NCBI GenBank assembly: GCA_000934665.2
Contig: JYFJ02001594.1
Location: 1-64,000 of the forward strand
Source: Catajapyx aquilonaris
Lineage: Eukaryota
Reading direction: 5' to 3'
DNA: 64,000 nucleotides
Of the stretch, positions 24,324 to 37,700 are shown piece after piece. Below the pieces are notes generated by a model, which did not search any database, was not told the origin of the DNA, and saw only the letters and a program-made list of their open reading frames with translations. Every line of letters begins with the position of its first letter. The stretch's first letter is position 1. The position numbers and the translations under genes are program-made.

Positions 24324-27300
24324 AGTAGGCCTAATTTGTGCGCAGTTTTTTTTTGTGGGCGATGAATCTGCATACGATGTGCGGCTAGAAGTTGGACTAA
24401 TTGTTAGGTCATTTTTCGGAAGTCGTGGTTTGCAAATGTTGGATTGTGTCAGGCCGCAACAGACTGGTTTCAAACCGCGATATAGGTTAATTTTCGACGT
24501 GTGTATATAGAGTGGAAAAGGGCTACTTTACGAGGTTGCATGTGGTTGGCATTATCAATGATAGTGGAGTAAATAAGTGCTGCAATTATTTCCAACGCTA
24601 CACTTGTTTGGGGAACAAAATGACTGACTTGTGCGACGTTGCCAATCTTATGGAACGGACCTGACTCTGGCAATGGAGCTGCGCAAATGTGGGTGCGCAT
24701 ACGGCTACGGTCGTTTTTTTAAAAAAATCTATAACATCGCATTGTCACTTAACTCATTTTTATGTGGCCTTTTCTGTGACAATATATATCTAAATCCGAT
24801 ATTATATTTAACTGCTGTACGTTCAGCAACATGACATTACATTTAGAGGCATGAAATATTAGGTAGCCTATTGCTCTAGTTACCAGTGATGGGTGTTGTA
24901 AACAACAAACTCCTCTGTTCTGCTATACCCATTCTCTGTTTTTCAACGGTTACTGCTCAACTAATCCGTTTGTGAAAAAGTGCTTCGGCTCTTTAACACG
25001 AAAATAATGACTTCCTGAAAGTTTAATCTCTCTGTCCAGTACACGATGCTTATGTGGATCAAACTACTACAATGGATAATCCTGTTTCATATAGAGGTAT
25101 AGCCAGTAATAAAAGCTCTCTCTTCCAGCCCTGTTTCCTCGAGGATATTATTCTGCATGTCACGATGTTAAGTAGAGTTTCATTTCTCTTACCGGTACGT
25201 CGTTTCAGTGAGTACAGTAGGCCTATACTGCATAATATACCGTATATTCAACATGAATAATATTAATGTAATCATTTCCGGCTCACTGCTTCCTATTTAG
25301 AGTTGAGTTTGCATTACAGTTGATTATTTAAGTTGTCAAGTATCTTAAATTCTGATGAAATAGACCTTCTTATTACTATGTTACACAAGCATAAATGTTG
25401 AATGTTAAATTTTCATTAGGAGCTATTTAATTAGCAGCTAATAATTTTGATTCTATGTCATGACAATAATTATTGAAAAAATGACATGGAAACTTCTATA
25501 CGTATATAGACTTCCACATACTAATAATTTTGTTTCTTATAGAAGTAAGTTGCTCAAAGTAAATTAAAATATGATTGTTAATTTGTTTTCATTTTAAATC
25601 AATACAAACATTGTGCATATCAGTGCTTATTGCAGAGTGATTTTACCTGAACCTCCTGGGGGATGTGACTGACAAGTGAGTGTGAGGTAGACACGTAGAC
25701 TGTTTGCTGTGGAAACGTTTTAAACATGTATATTCCTGAAATTTGTCTCACAAAATGGTAGAATACCACACTTTGTGTCGTATAATGAATGGCCGCATGT
25801 TTCATTTCCATAAACAAACGCAACACAGCATAGAAGAAATGGATGGAGCTCAACCTTAGCTTGGTCCAACTACTTTTGTATACATGTGCCCCCTTTTGTA
25901 TACATACAGTATGCAGAATTCCTGGTAGCCTTTACACTTTTTGAACTCTTTATGTGACCGCATCACAAAGTTGCACGTCAACCTTCCGTAAATTCTGCAT
26001 ACTTCACGTGCCTTTCACACTGCAATGCGGGTATACTACCTACGTCACTTGAATTTTTAATATAAGAAAATTTACTTCAACATATAACAGCAACAATATT
26101 TTTTTAAGAAATCAAAACACTATGTAATGCACACCATGCACTAATAGGCTTGGTTAATGGTAATCATATCCTGAAAAACCGGCTCGATTTTCACCATGGT
26201 CATAAAATATCTCCGTGTCGTATTTCAATTAGGCTGGGACTCGTGACAGGCTTGTGTTTGTTTTCTCAGAGAGTAAGGACCGCAGACGATCTTTAAGTTC
26301 CAAGGAGTCCTTGAATGTGGACTATAAGGCGAAGTGTCATTTCGCAACTCTTCGCGTCACGTCACTTCACGCCTGCACCTTTCTGTGCGGATAAGTTCTC
26401 ATTACGTACTCTTGGGATGTGACTTGGAATGAAAATTGCGGTTCATTGCACAGTTGGTGTAACTAGATTAAATTTCGTGCCTCATCATATTAAGACTCTA
26501 ATTCGCATTTCAATTTGCATATTGTTCATAGGAAAGTCTCCTGTATTAATTTTTTCCGAATTTTTCTCGCCGAATAAGACTGGTTTGAAAAAAAATAATT
26601 AGAGATGTCCTCTCGTTAGTTTGCCATCAAGCATTTGTCACGAGTGTATTCACGTGCTTTTGGTTTTGCGGGGTGGTTAACACTATTAATGAATGTTGTA
26701 GAGAACGAAGTCGACAAACAGAAATAATTACTCTTCCAGGCAATCAAGGGTGGTTGAAAATGCGTCGAAATTACAACTATATTATGGTCACTGAAAATGA
26801 TCCAGTCTTGACACCCAACTTTAAGTTAATCAGTTACACCTTTCACAGTGATATGCTAATCTGAGGAGAGATCTAAAGTACAGCCTTTATTTGCAGTGGG
26901 ACTTGTGGAGGAGACTTAATACTTGGTAATTATCTAGGTTGGCCCTGTTGTCACGCGAACCTAATTGACAAATCCCGGTGGATCAGCCGCAAATTCTTGC
27001 ACCCCATTGGCTGATACGGAGTTTGTAGACAACAAAGTTAGCTCAGTAAAATGCCATTACACCTGCTCCTACACCAAACTTTGGAATATTTGACACATGA
27101 CCAATTGATTTTATTTACATGTGCCATATGTTTAAAAATATATGGGTGTGAAATCTATACTGAACAGCAGGCAAAGATGCAACGTCTTCTTTGTCTCTAT
27201 TCCAATAGAGTGAAGAAAAAAAAGTTTGCGACAACTTATTGCCACCCGTTCAACTTCGAAACCACCTTTGAGACTCTGGATTAGATAAACTACATAGACA

Positions 27301-28244
27301 ACGATAAAAAGTTTCACGCCTCGAGCCACGCCTCGCAAAGCCCTACCATGAATTACTTACCTGTCTTGCCAGTAAGCTTCACAGAAAACTTACTTGAATC
27401 TCTTATAATTATGCTGCCGTCTTATAAACCTATAAAGTCTTACCCACTGAATCAGTACAGGAAAATAATATGTTCTGCTCTGCAGGCAATTGTTGTAATA
27501 ATCTTGCCAATATAACTCTGAATATTATTTCCCCCATTCTTAATAAGTATGTCTTGGAGAATAATCTACTGATGGTCGAAGTATTTGCAGATAAAATACC
27601 ACATAATGTAGGCTTAGTCCCTCTGTTTAAAGCTCAAGTGATATTACTGGAACCAGACGATGAACATCTAACCACTAAGCAACTGCAGTACTAAGTCCTT
27701 GAAATTATGCATTGGGAACAATGCTGTACATGCTGCAGTGCACCTGTAAAAACAGTGGTTAGTGTTAATTAAATATAACTTTGTTTTCATTTTCGCCCAC
27801 ATTATAACTCAATTTGAGATAACCTGCCTGCCATTTGCGGTTCAGTCATGTCTGTTAACAAGCTCTGTGGGTATGAAAATGTGTTACCATCCGGAGTCAA
27901 CAGTGTATTTTAAAGGAAACGCCACGGCTTTATTCATGCTATTATATCCCCAAAAGAAATGGCGCGGAAGTTGATAAAAAGGAACGACTATTCTGCATGA
28001 TTCAGGGAGGTTTTGCTCGATTTTCTTCTCAGCTGAAGTCCTGAAAATGTATAGCAAGTTTTGACTGCATATATCGAAACACTTCGTCACAGTGCAGTGA
28101 TTATAGATTGCACATCAGTATGTACCAATGCAAATGCTCCAATTAGGTTGAACCGTCTACAGAAAAATTTGTGCCAACAAATATCAAAAAATGAACAATA
28201 TTTTGCTTTCATTTCAAAATCCACATTGCACACATTATATGCTA

Positions 28245-28250
28245 TTTATT
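28245..28250 (-). terminator. Candidate polyadenylation signal of the NT1-like gene
   Basis: AATAAA on the - strand about 250 nt after the stop, in AT-rich context. Confidence 0.3.
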
Positions 28251-28497
28251 ATATGCTCGTACAAAATCTGAAAAAAATGTAACAATACTTTTCAACAGTC
28301 ATGCCATGAAACAATGGCTACAAAGAGCTGCAAATAACAACTATAGAAATTTTTAATAGAATTCGGACACGCACTCCCTGCGCCCGGATTGGTGCTAGTA
28401 TCCATATGTCGTCTCCGATTGGTCCACACTCGAAGAGACGCCACTTCGGTCGCGTCCGAATCAACAACAGGCCCATCTGAAAGCAAATTCTGGGATA

Positions 28498-28789
28498 CTA
28501 CCGTCCATGATCGAATCCTGTGTAAGGAGGCTGTTCTTGAAGGAAAGAACCATCGAGGACATGGGCATAAGCCTCAGGACGAGGATGTGACGGGACATTT
28601 CCGTAGACATAAGGATGAGGCTGGTACTCGTAGTGTGAGACGTGACAGGAACAGGCGGTAGGCAGCTTAAATGTGTCTATGTGGAAGCCCTCCTCTGGAG
28701 AAAAGGCCAGGAGACGAACGAAATTGTATTTCTGAAGGCATTGAGACTGATATATGTGATCCACGTAGCTGCAGGGGGCGTTGGCGTAT
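28498..28789 (-). CDS. NT1: NT1-like terminal exon (second half of the cystine knot plus C-terminal extension)
   Basis: Acceptor ttttttcgatgccgcag|A TAC GCC AAC GCC CCC TGC; encodes ...PTACSCHV...DHGR*. Confidence 0.93.
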
Positions 28790-31700
28790 CTGCGGCATCG
28801 AAAAAAGAAATACAGTTACGAAAAAAATATATATACGTCAAAAAAATAACAAAACTGAAAACCACGCATCACTTGGGGGGAATGCATGGTGCAAGCTAAT
28901 GAACCGGATGAAAAGGTTAGAGTAAAAAAATATGAGAATTGAGCCTTTTGTTATATTCGATAGCAAGCTTTGTGGAGAAATGAAGCTTGGGGCGTTTTTT
29001 TGTATTTTATTGGCTAGATATTTGCGTGACAATTTGAAACTCAGATGTTCCTAATGCAGGGTTGGAGTTGGCGTGCATATTCTGGAAGGCCTTTTTATAC
29101 GGTATATGTTAAGCATGAACGTGCATAGCCTTTGATGCACAATACCGATTTTTGGTTATTTTTCCCCCTGCAAGGCATAGCCCAAATTAATGTATTCACA
29201 ATAATTATTACGAGCCGGTTGTATCAACAGAAATCTTCGATTATGCATAACATTTCTAATGTGCAATCGACGTTTTCTACTTAATATGCATTGATGAGCC
29301 TTTCCTTGAAGCTTCAAAACAAATTCTGCGAAACGTTACATATTATGCAGTGCAGGGTCGATCCGACGTGTCGCATGAATTTAAAAATGTCTCTCCGAGT
29401 CTCATCTACGAGTAGAATAAAATTGCTTGCAGTTCCATTACCTTTATTGTGATCACTCCCATGTAATTAGATCGGCGCCTTTGTGGATTTGAATTATGAC
29501 ATGGAGACGATATTAACTGTCAGACTCTGACAGGTTCAAAGGTGTTACAGTGTGAGCTCTCAGCTACTATTGCGTTCACAGAAAAATTCTTTGTGTAATA
29601 TTCTAAGCATCAAGTGGTGCTAAAAGTGAAATTGTATTACTCTTTTCCCCGTAGTAGCTGTTATATTCTAGGCCTTTTATCGTGTTGCACCAAAAGGAAT
29701 CCTATACGTGTTATGTCATAATGCGACTATAGTTTAATATGAGAAGAAAATTAATAATGGCTGCCATTGCGTCATCCGTTCTTTAGAATTTAATATCGAT
29801 ATATTCATATGGCTAAAAATCCTGGTTTCCATAAAACGTGTCCTGCAGCTTCACAGAATGACGGAAGTGAACTAAGCATGTAGGCTACTCCTTCGAATGC
29901 AAATACACCCCAATGGTCCGCGGTCACATTGGAAAATGCGACAGGTCCATGACACTGTGACTTTCTTCCTCATTACTGTCCTAATGGAAATTCCTTCACG
30001 CAGAGACGCATTCCTTTTGCATCATGGGACATGGGTGTTTCAGAAACACATTAACCTAAATTTAGTTTGGCCTCATAGGGTTGCATGGCAGATTATCACC
30101 AAAATACACATAATAATACACAAATTATACACAAAACTAAATGCCAAAAAATATTGCTAATTTGCCTTTGATGTCTGTATGCATCATGTGTTTACATTAT
30201 TTTGCGGTCAGTTCCGAACTTGATATACGAACCATTTTGGTGTTAGAATATTGGCATAAAGTGATTTGTTTTTGCATTACATAATGGCACAAAAACCTAT
30301 TGTACAGTAAATGCCGCGGGTGTGTCAGCAGTGTGCTTACAGTGTAATGCAATAATTCTAAAGTTTATTTAACATATTTTCATTTTGTTTCGTCATATAC
30401 CGTAATACAATTCGTTGATACATAAGTTAAATAACTGTATTCGTTGACCTTTTATTCACCGACCTATGTCAAGCAGAAAATAATTAATATTGTTTGTTTT
30501 ATTGCGGATTTTAATAGTGCATTAGGACATATCCATTTATGTTGCACATTCGAGCTATTTCATACTCGGTTGAGCTTACTGCATATTTTAGTTCAGAAAG
30601 GTATACTGTAATATATTGTTCATGCAATATGATTAATTTAACATTTGAAATTATACTTGTATGCTTCATTTATCATACACGATTTAAGTTTTAACATATT
30701 TTTGCTTTCAATTATAAGACGTGATCAATATCATGCACAATCAGCTTTAAAGGGTTTAAATTAAAATGAAGCTCAAAAGATTCCATTTTCGAACTGACGC
30801 GCCCCATTGAATATTAGCTGCCATTTATTGGCTTCCTGGGCAACAAACCAATTCAAAAGCAATATAAATCCATGAATAAATGAAACTGCTGCAATACAAT
30901 ATGTACCCTTCCATAAACTCTTAAGCCTCCTGTATGTGTAGCATAATCCACCATAAGAGCATAATACGTGATAGTGTTTCGTTGTAAACCCCGCATTGAA
31001 AACGCAATCCGGATTACAGACTGTTAAAAATCATTTTAAAAGTAATTTACAAAAGGATAGTTCCATGACCAAAAACCCATACAGGACCCAAAGATCCTTG
31101 AACCTACAACTTTAATGCATCTTATTGTAAATAGTCCCCTTTCTAACATATACAATATGCTCGAAAATTGTACGTGATCCCAATGGGAATGCTTCACTCT
31201 AAGACCATGTTGGTTCTCCTGGCCGAACAAATGTTATGTTTGTAAAGTAGTCACTGAACAAATAATAGCGGTCCTCAGATTGGAACTCCTCATGCGTAAT
31301 ATGAATGGCAGGTTTAACCAGGAAATCATTACGCACCCTTGTTTATACCACAATCTTGTATGCCACTGCAAGAACTTCGAGTCCTAACGAGTCTCTGACG
31401 TTAAAGATGACTTATTATGAAGGAATAATGTGACCAAATGACGCTACAGCCTGTCGTTAATATTTTGGGTTTCATTGTTAACACTTTTTGAAACTCTGAA
31501 ATATCCATTTCCGCACCTGCAACATATCCCATAAAAATTAGCGCAATTGACAGTGGTCCAACCGGATATGACCTTTTTCCTGTCCATTTCCCCCAATCAA
31601 AAAAGGCAAACTTATATGACCGTGTGAAAATAACTAGAGCGGTCAATTGTGCTGAAGCAGTTTGAAAAAACGTTTTTCATGTTCCACTAATGATCTGCAA

Positions 31701-34700
31701 TACTCACATGCATTTTTCCAGTCTCTGTGTCTGGGTATATTTTCCGAACCCAAACCTCCGATTCCTGGTCGATCGATGTTCATCCGGAAGATTGATGATC
31801 AGTTTCCACTTGCCATAAGTGTTTTTGGCCCGCTTGGGTCTGGTGTAGAAAATATTTGAAGGGCAAACATAACCTCCCTTTTTGTAATAGTCATGGCTAT
31901 AGGAATATCCGCTGAAAATAAAAGCGGGGCGTGAAAATAAAACTGAGAACTAATTTTTAATAATTGGTGCAACAATGTTTTTTAAAAAAACTATTGGGGA
32001 TACTCATAAATCATATTTGAGGCTCGTTAGCGTCATGGGTGGATATTAAGCCGATACTATTACGAGGATGGAAAACCATAATTTTTGGGGATTTGTGCGG
32101 CCAGGAACTGTGGGCCAATAAAAAGAAGTTGCGAACATTTAGCGGATCGTGTTTTAAACTGGGCTGGGTCAATTTCCAGCCTTAATTGAATGTTCCAGAT
32201 TAGGAAAATAAATCCGGGTTTCCCAGGAAATGTTCGCTCGATGTAACCACAGTCAATAAATTCTGAATTGTCAGTTCCAGACACCATTTCAAAGAATTTC
32301 TCTTTAAACTGGCTAAATATTTTAAATGTGTTTATGAGAATGAACCCATAGTCTACAAGTGTCCTACATATAGGACAGTAGCCATGTATGGGTAAATATG
32401 AAACCTCATCATATTAATTAATAGCCTCGTTAATCGCACTAAAATTAGCATAAAAATATGACACCTTCAAAATATGATACTCACTTGTATGGTGGTTTGA
32501 AAGCATCGGAGTGGTCGTGCTTGTCATGAGAAACTCCATAATAGTGCTCGTATGTATAGCCCTCCTCTTCAGCGCGAGTGAGCCCATCAACTAGGTTATC
32601 GGCTGACTGGTAGGTAATATCCGATAGCAATCTATCTACCAAGTGGCGTTGTCTGGCGATTTCTAGCCGAATGAAATCCCTATGGATGTATCCATTAGTT
32701 ATAGCTCACTAGGAAGCTTATGTGGGGGAAAAAAAGTTTTAAAAAAGAGAGTAAATGGCTCAGTTCCAAAGTGGCTTTTTTGAAAAGGCTTTGAAAAATC
32801 GCTTGTCCAGCCGATATGGAGAGGTGTAATCTTATATGGAGCCTGTGTTTTAAGCCCTGTAACTTGATGCCATTTTGCGTTAGTCAAAATACTCTATAGG
32901 TGATCTATAGCTGGGCCACATAAAAAATTTGAACAGAGGCTCTGTTGAGAGAGTGTGGTCTCAGATTTCATGGCATGTTTTGAAGAGCTATTTTTAAACA
33001 TGGTTTTGTCGTAGCAGCATTATAATCTTCAATATTCGCAACATTCTATTTTCATAAGTTGTTATCCTACTGACGTCAATTGCATTTTAACGCTGTAGTA
33101 CACCACAGTACCACAACAACCACAACAGTACACTACACTTCAGCTACTCTTGACATTAATGAGTCAACTCTAGTGCCTTTGTAAAGTGTTTCCTCAACTA
33201 CACTCCAAGTCTGCCTATATTTACACCCCTTAACAAACACTGCAACCTGCACATAACATTCTTTTCCGAATTTTATGCCCATTTCAGGCAAAACGAGCTC
33301 CCATAAAAAGCAGTGTTTCCATCGAAACCTGCGAAGGTTGAAAGCCACGAATTACAGCTGCATTGTTTCACTTGCACGCCAAGTTTCATGTCAGACCATG
33401 CACTTATTCGTGTGTGCAAAAAATGAACTTGCAACCAGAGATGTATAATTTTAGAAGGCACGTCCGTTGCACAATGTAGCTTACGTGGGGTAAAACGGGT
33501 CCTCCAAGCAGAATGTCAGGTTGTAATGAATCTGGTTCCCGTATGCACACTCGGGGCTTTTGCTGGAGTCGTATGTCAGTCCTTTGAAATATCCTTTTTG
33601 CTGGAAAGAGAAATGAAGGCATACTTGTGGAGAGAGACGGACAGTGTATTATACTCATTAGTGCAGTATTTGCTGGCATGGCTGCCTTACAACCAGTTTT
33701 ATTCCCAAAAATGAGCCAACTATTCAAAAAGTCGTGTAATTAGTTTTTATTTTTATTTTATAACTGTAAGGCAGCATGGTTGAAAGAATACTGGAGACAT
33801 ACTAATTATCTCTAGTTATTTAATAATTTAGTTGTTTGGAGTGCACTGGGCAAGGCACTGGGAAACAACGTGTCCGAAACTTGCCTTTGAATTTTCGGTT
33901 ACAATGCTCTCTGGTACAATTAATAATTAAGTCACGCTATGGTCCAAGGCTTGCACATACAGCCTGAATATTCTCACAATTATTCAGCTCAACATATGGA
34001 GCACATACTGTGCGTTTCACGCTTCATAACATTATTGTAATCGCCAGAATATTCATCCATCTGAAAGACTGTTGCGTCACATGTTGGGTCACTACAGTGT
34101 ACCTCTCATAACATCAAGTATCTCATGCATGAGGAAAAAGTTAAGCAAGCATTACCGTTGCAACTGTTCACTTTCGATCCTGACATGACGAGAATAAAAC
34201 ACTTTTATTTTCACTTACCTTAGCCTCCATGAAAGCGTAAAATTGCTCTCCGAACAGGTCAAAATGACTCGTCAGCACATCCTGTGGAGAGATACAAACA
34301 ATATGGCCAGTTATTAAACAAGTTTGGCTCCCAAAGTTTCAGTCCTCATTTCCTCTCCATATTGAAGAAAACTTTTTAGAAAACGAAAGATCAAGAAGCT
34401 AAGTGAAGATTTGAGCAAACAAAAGTTGGCTCATTTTAGAGCAATTACTAAGGGAGGGACCTTAATTTCCCTCTAGGAATAAGATCATAAAGGGGGTAGC
34501 TCACTTTATTGATGCCACGATATCGATGATCTTTGTCACGTGTTCTGATGGCGTCGTAGATGTCGAAGTGGTCGTTAGGATTTCGCAAGACGACTGAAGG
34601 CTGTGAAGAAGGAAAAGTGTTTCGGTATGGAATTAACTCCGGGCTCTGAACTCGGGAAATAATAATTTGCAGCTCATTGTATCGGAATGGTATATAGAAA

Positions 34701-37700
34701 GTGAAAAACGTCACATTTCTGGCTTCACCATGAAGTATAGTAGTGAAAACGATGTAATTAGGCTCTTGGTGCATTTAATTAGCAAATGGCAGTCATTTGC
34801 CACTCGTTGTGCGACCAGAAGTTATGCAAAGTAATTTGGATTTGTGTAATGCGTGCAGGTTATGCTGAAAAATATTAATTTTGGGTCTGTCGCATGCTAA
34901 TAAATAATAAATGTATTACTTAAAGGGTGATCCAAACATACTGTATTTCTCATTGGCAGACAATATTTTTGACCAGTTTTTCAAGAACAAAAATGTAATA
35001 TTAACCCATGCCTGAATTATATTATTTTAAAATTTATTTATGAGCAAATGAAGGAGTATCATTATGAGAAAATCTAACATTCTGTACAAGTGTCCTACAT
35101 ATAGGACTCTAGGCGTATTCGCACCTGGTGGAGCCTTTGTACTGTACATCAGTTTTAAACAACATGCTAAAATTTATCAACCCACAATTTCGACATCCCT
35201 TGAATTTGAAAATGACAAATTGACACCTCATTTCCACACCTCTGATATCAAATTAGCGACCACAACATGTTAATGCGGCTTGAAATCCTAACATCCGCCC
35301 CCATCAGCGTTAACTGGGTCGCAATAATGAAACGATTAATCAATTTTTCCCCCTCTAAACGGGAGCAAAATTCTTTTTTGAATAATGACCAAAACTTGCA
35401 CCCAGGACAGGATTCGAGGTGACATATTGGCATGGGCCATGTTTTGTAAGTTTGTTTTGAGATCCTGCCAGAGGCTATTGTGCCAATATTTTTCTGGTGT
35501 TTTTTCTATCAAACTGCTGTCACCTAATCGAACGACGCAGCACCCTACTTACATCATGAAAGAGAGAGGAGGAATCAGGGCATGAATGACACCTACATCG
35601 ATAATAAGTGCATAAAATATTGCGCATTACCTTTACCTCTTTGAAAGTTGGGAAGTGCAATCCATGTCCTTTTGCATAACCATCTGAAGAGTACGGATCC
35701 GGCCCATATCCTGTTAAATATATATTTTTAAAAAAATTTGCTTATAATTTTTTAGTAATCATATCAGATACCATTTTCTGAGAATCTGTGTCCCAGTTGT
35801 CCTTCGCCGTAATCCAGTGCAACCAAAGCCACCTCCTGATGATGGACGGCTTCTCTGTCGGTTTCAGATACAGTGATATTGCCGCCATATGTCTCGCTAT
35901 CGACATTGCCATCAGCCTCGTCCTCTTTTCCGTCGCTCCCTTTGTCTTCCTGCCGCACGTCCAGGGATGCCGTGTCATTGTTGGAGTTTTGTGAGTCGCC
36001 AGGCGTCGCTTCGGAAGCCAGGAGGATCAGGGCCAGCTGATCCGAGTCGTTATTGTGTAAAAAGTGATGAGTCGACAGGACAATGACTAAAGCTGCTTTT
36101 TAAAAACCTAAACTTATAAAGTATTGGGTCGAGTTCGTCCGCGAAATTTACCACCCATCAAAAAACCCACTTCAAATGGTAACCGCCCACATTCTGGGCA
36201 AGTCTTTGATCAATGTGTAGCCTGTAAAGGCCTAGTGGCTTCCATCCTATATTTCCAAAAATAAACTGGAATGAATCCTTATCTTCCCTTATAGGAAGGG
36301 TTTTTTCAAAAGCTCCAATAGTTAGCCACATCATAGGGATTCCTTTTTTTCTGATCCTGGCGTTGGCTAACAAAGGGATAGCCTCAATGGACAAGTGCAA
36401 GAGGGAAAATGCTACAGGTAAAAATATTTTAAGCCAGGAGTTGAACTAGCAACTGGAAAAATTGCAGCACTTTGCTATGATCCACTACAGTTCGGTCCCT
36501 GACTGTCAAACATGGGCTCCCAAAACTCACGTGCATTTCAGTTGGCTCCTACTCTGTACTGTTAATTAATCTCTAATTGAATGACCTAATATAACATAGG
36601 ACTTGTTGGAATCAAAGCATTTTGGGAATTTCTTTGATCTTTGAATGTCCTTATGAAATTCTATAGTAGAAGAAAATTTATTTTATTACAAGCATGACTC
36701 TTACATATTTTAAACTTAATATTGATTTAAATTTGCATTACATATGTTATTCTCATTTCAAACAATAATATACAGTTCTTCGCAGAAAGTTACCTGAGTC
36801 ACTTTGTGAATACATTTGCATGCTCTTTTTTGCATCAGGTCACACTGATGAGCCAAATTAGCACCAGTTTGCATCAAGTGCGGAAACAACACATTATGGA
36901 CGTACAGTACAGTATACGCTAGAGCAAGAGTGCATGAAGCACGCAGCCTCAGGGAGTGTTATACATTGACACTAATGCTTTCATTTCACTGTCATTTGGG
37001 GGCCCTCTTCGCACCAGTTTCAATATCACAAATCCGCCGGTAATTAACTCGAAAATTAATTAATCCTGCTCTTGCTGATTGACACTACGGGCTACTTCAT
37101 GTCAATAAACGATAGATTAACGTAAAACCTCACATAAGAACATATAAGGTACCCCACGTAGAAATCCTAACTGGCGTTTGGCGCGTTGAAATATGAAATC
37201 CATTCATTACGATGTGGCTTAGCAAGTGTCATTAAATTTCGACCTGGAAAACTGATAGGCCAGAAAATCAACTGATATCCAAGTTCGCTAATAACCTGTC
37301 CGCGCAGTTATTAAATTTGCAAAGTGAAAGTACGAATTAAAATTGAGGGACTCAGGTGCACTGAAAATGAATCAGTAACTCATGTAATTATCTTAATGAG
37401 GTTTTTAAAGTGGGGGGTTTTAAGCCCGAATTTTAGCTTGTTCAAACCATGCTGTTGACAAACCGGCTTAAATATGGTCGATCCTAAGTGATATCCGTGT
37501 AATCCTATGTCCGTTAATTGTTGCGGAGTGAGGTTGATTGTTTTCGCATTTAAAAGCCCATGTCCACCATTTGTATCCGGATTTGGAAACGTATATTGTC
37601 CACACAACTTTATCTATGCCAGGATTTTGGGTTAGTCCTGCGTTGTTTTTATGTGCGTAACTGTTTGTGAGGGACTGTTACATTTTTTTTAAAAAAAAAA

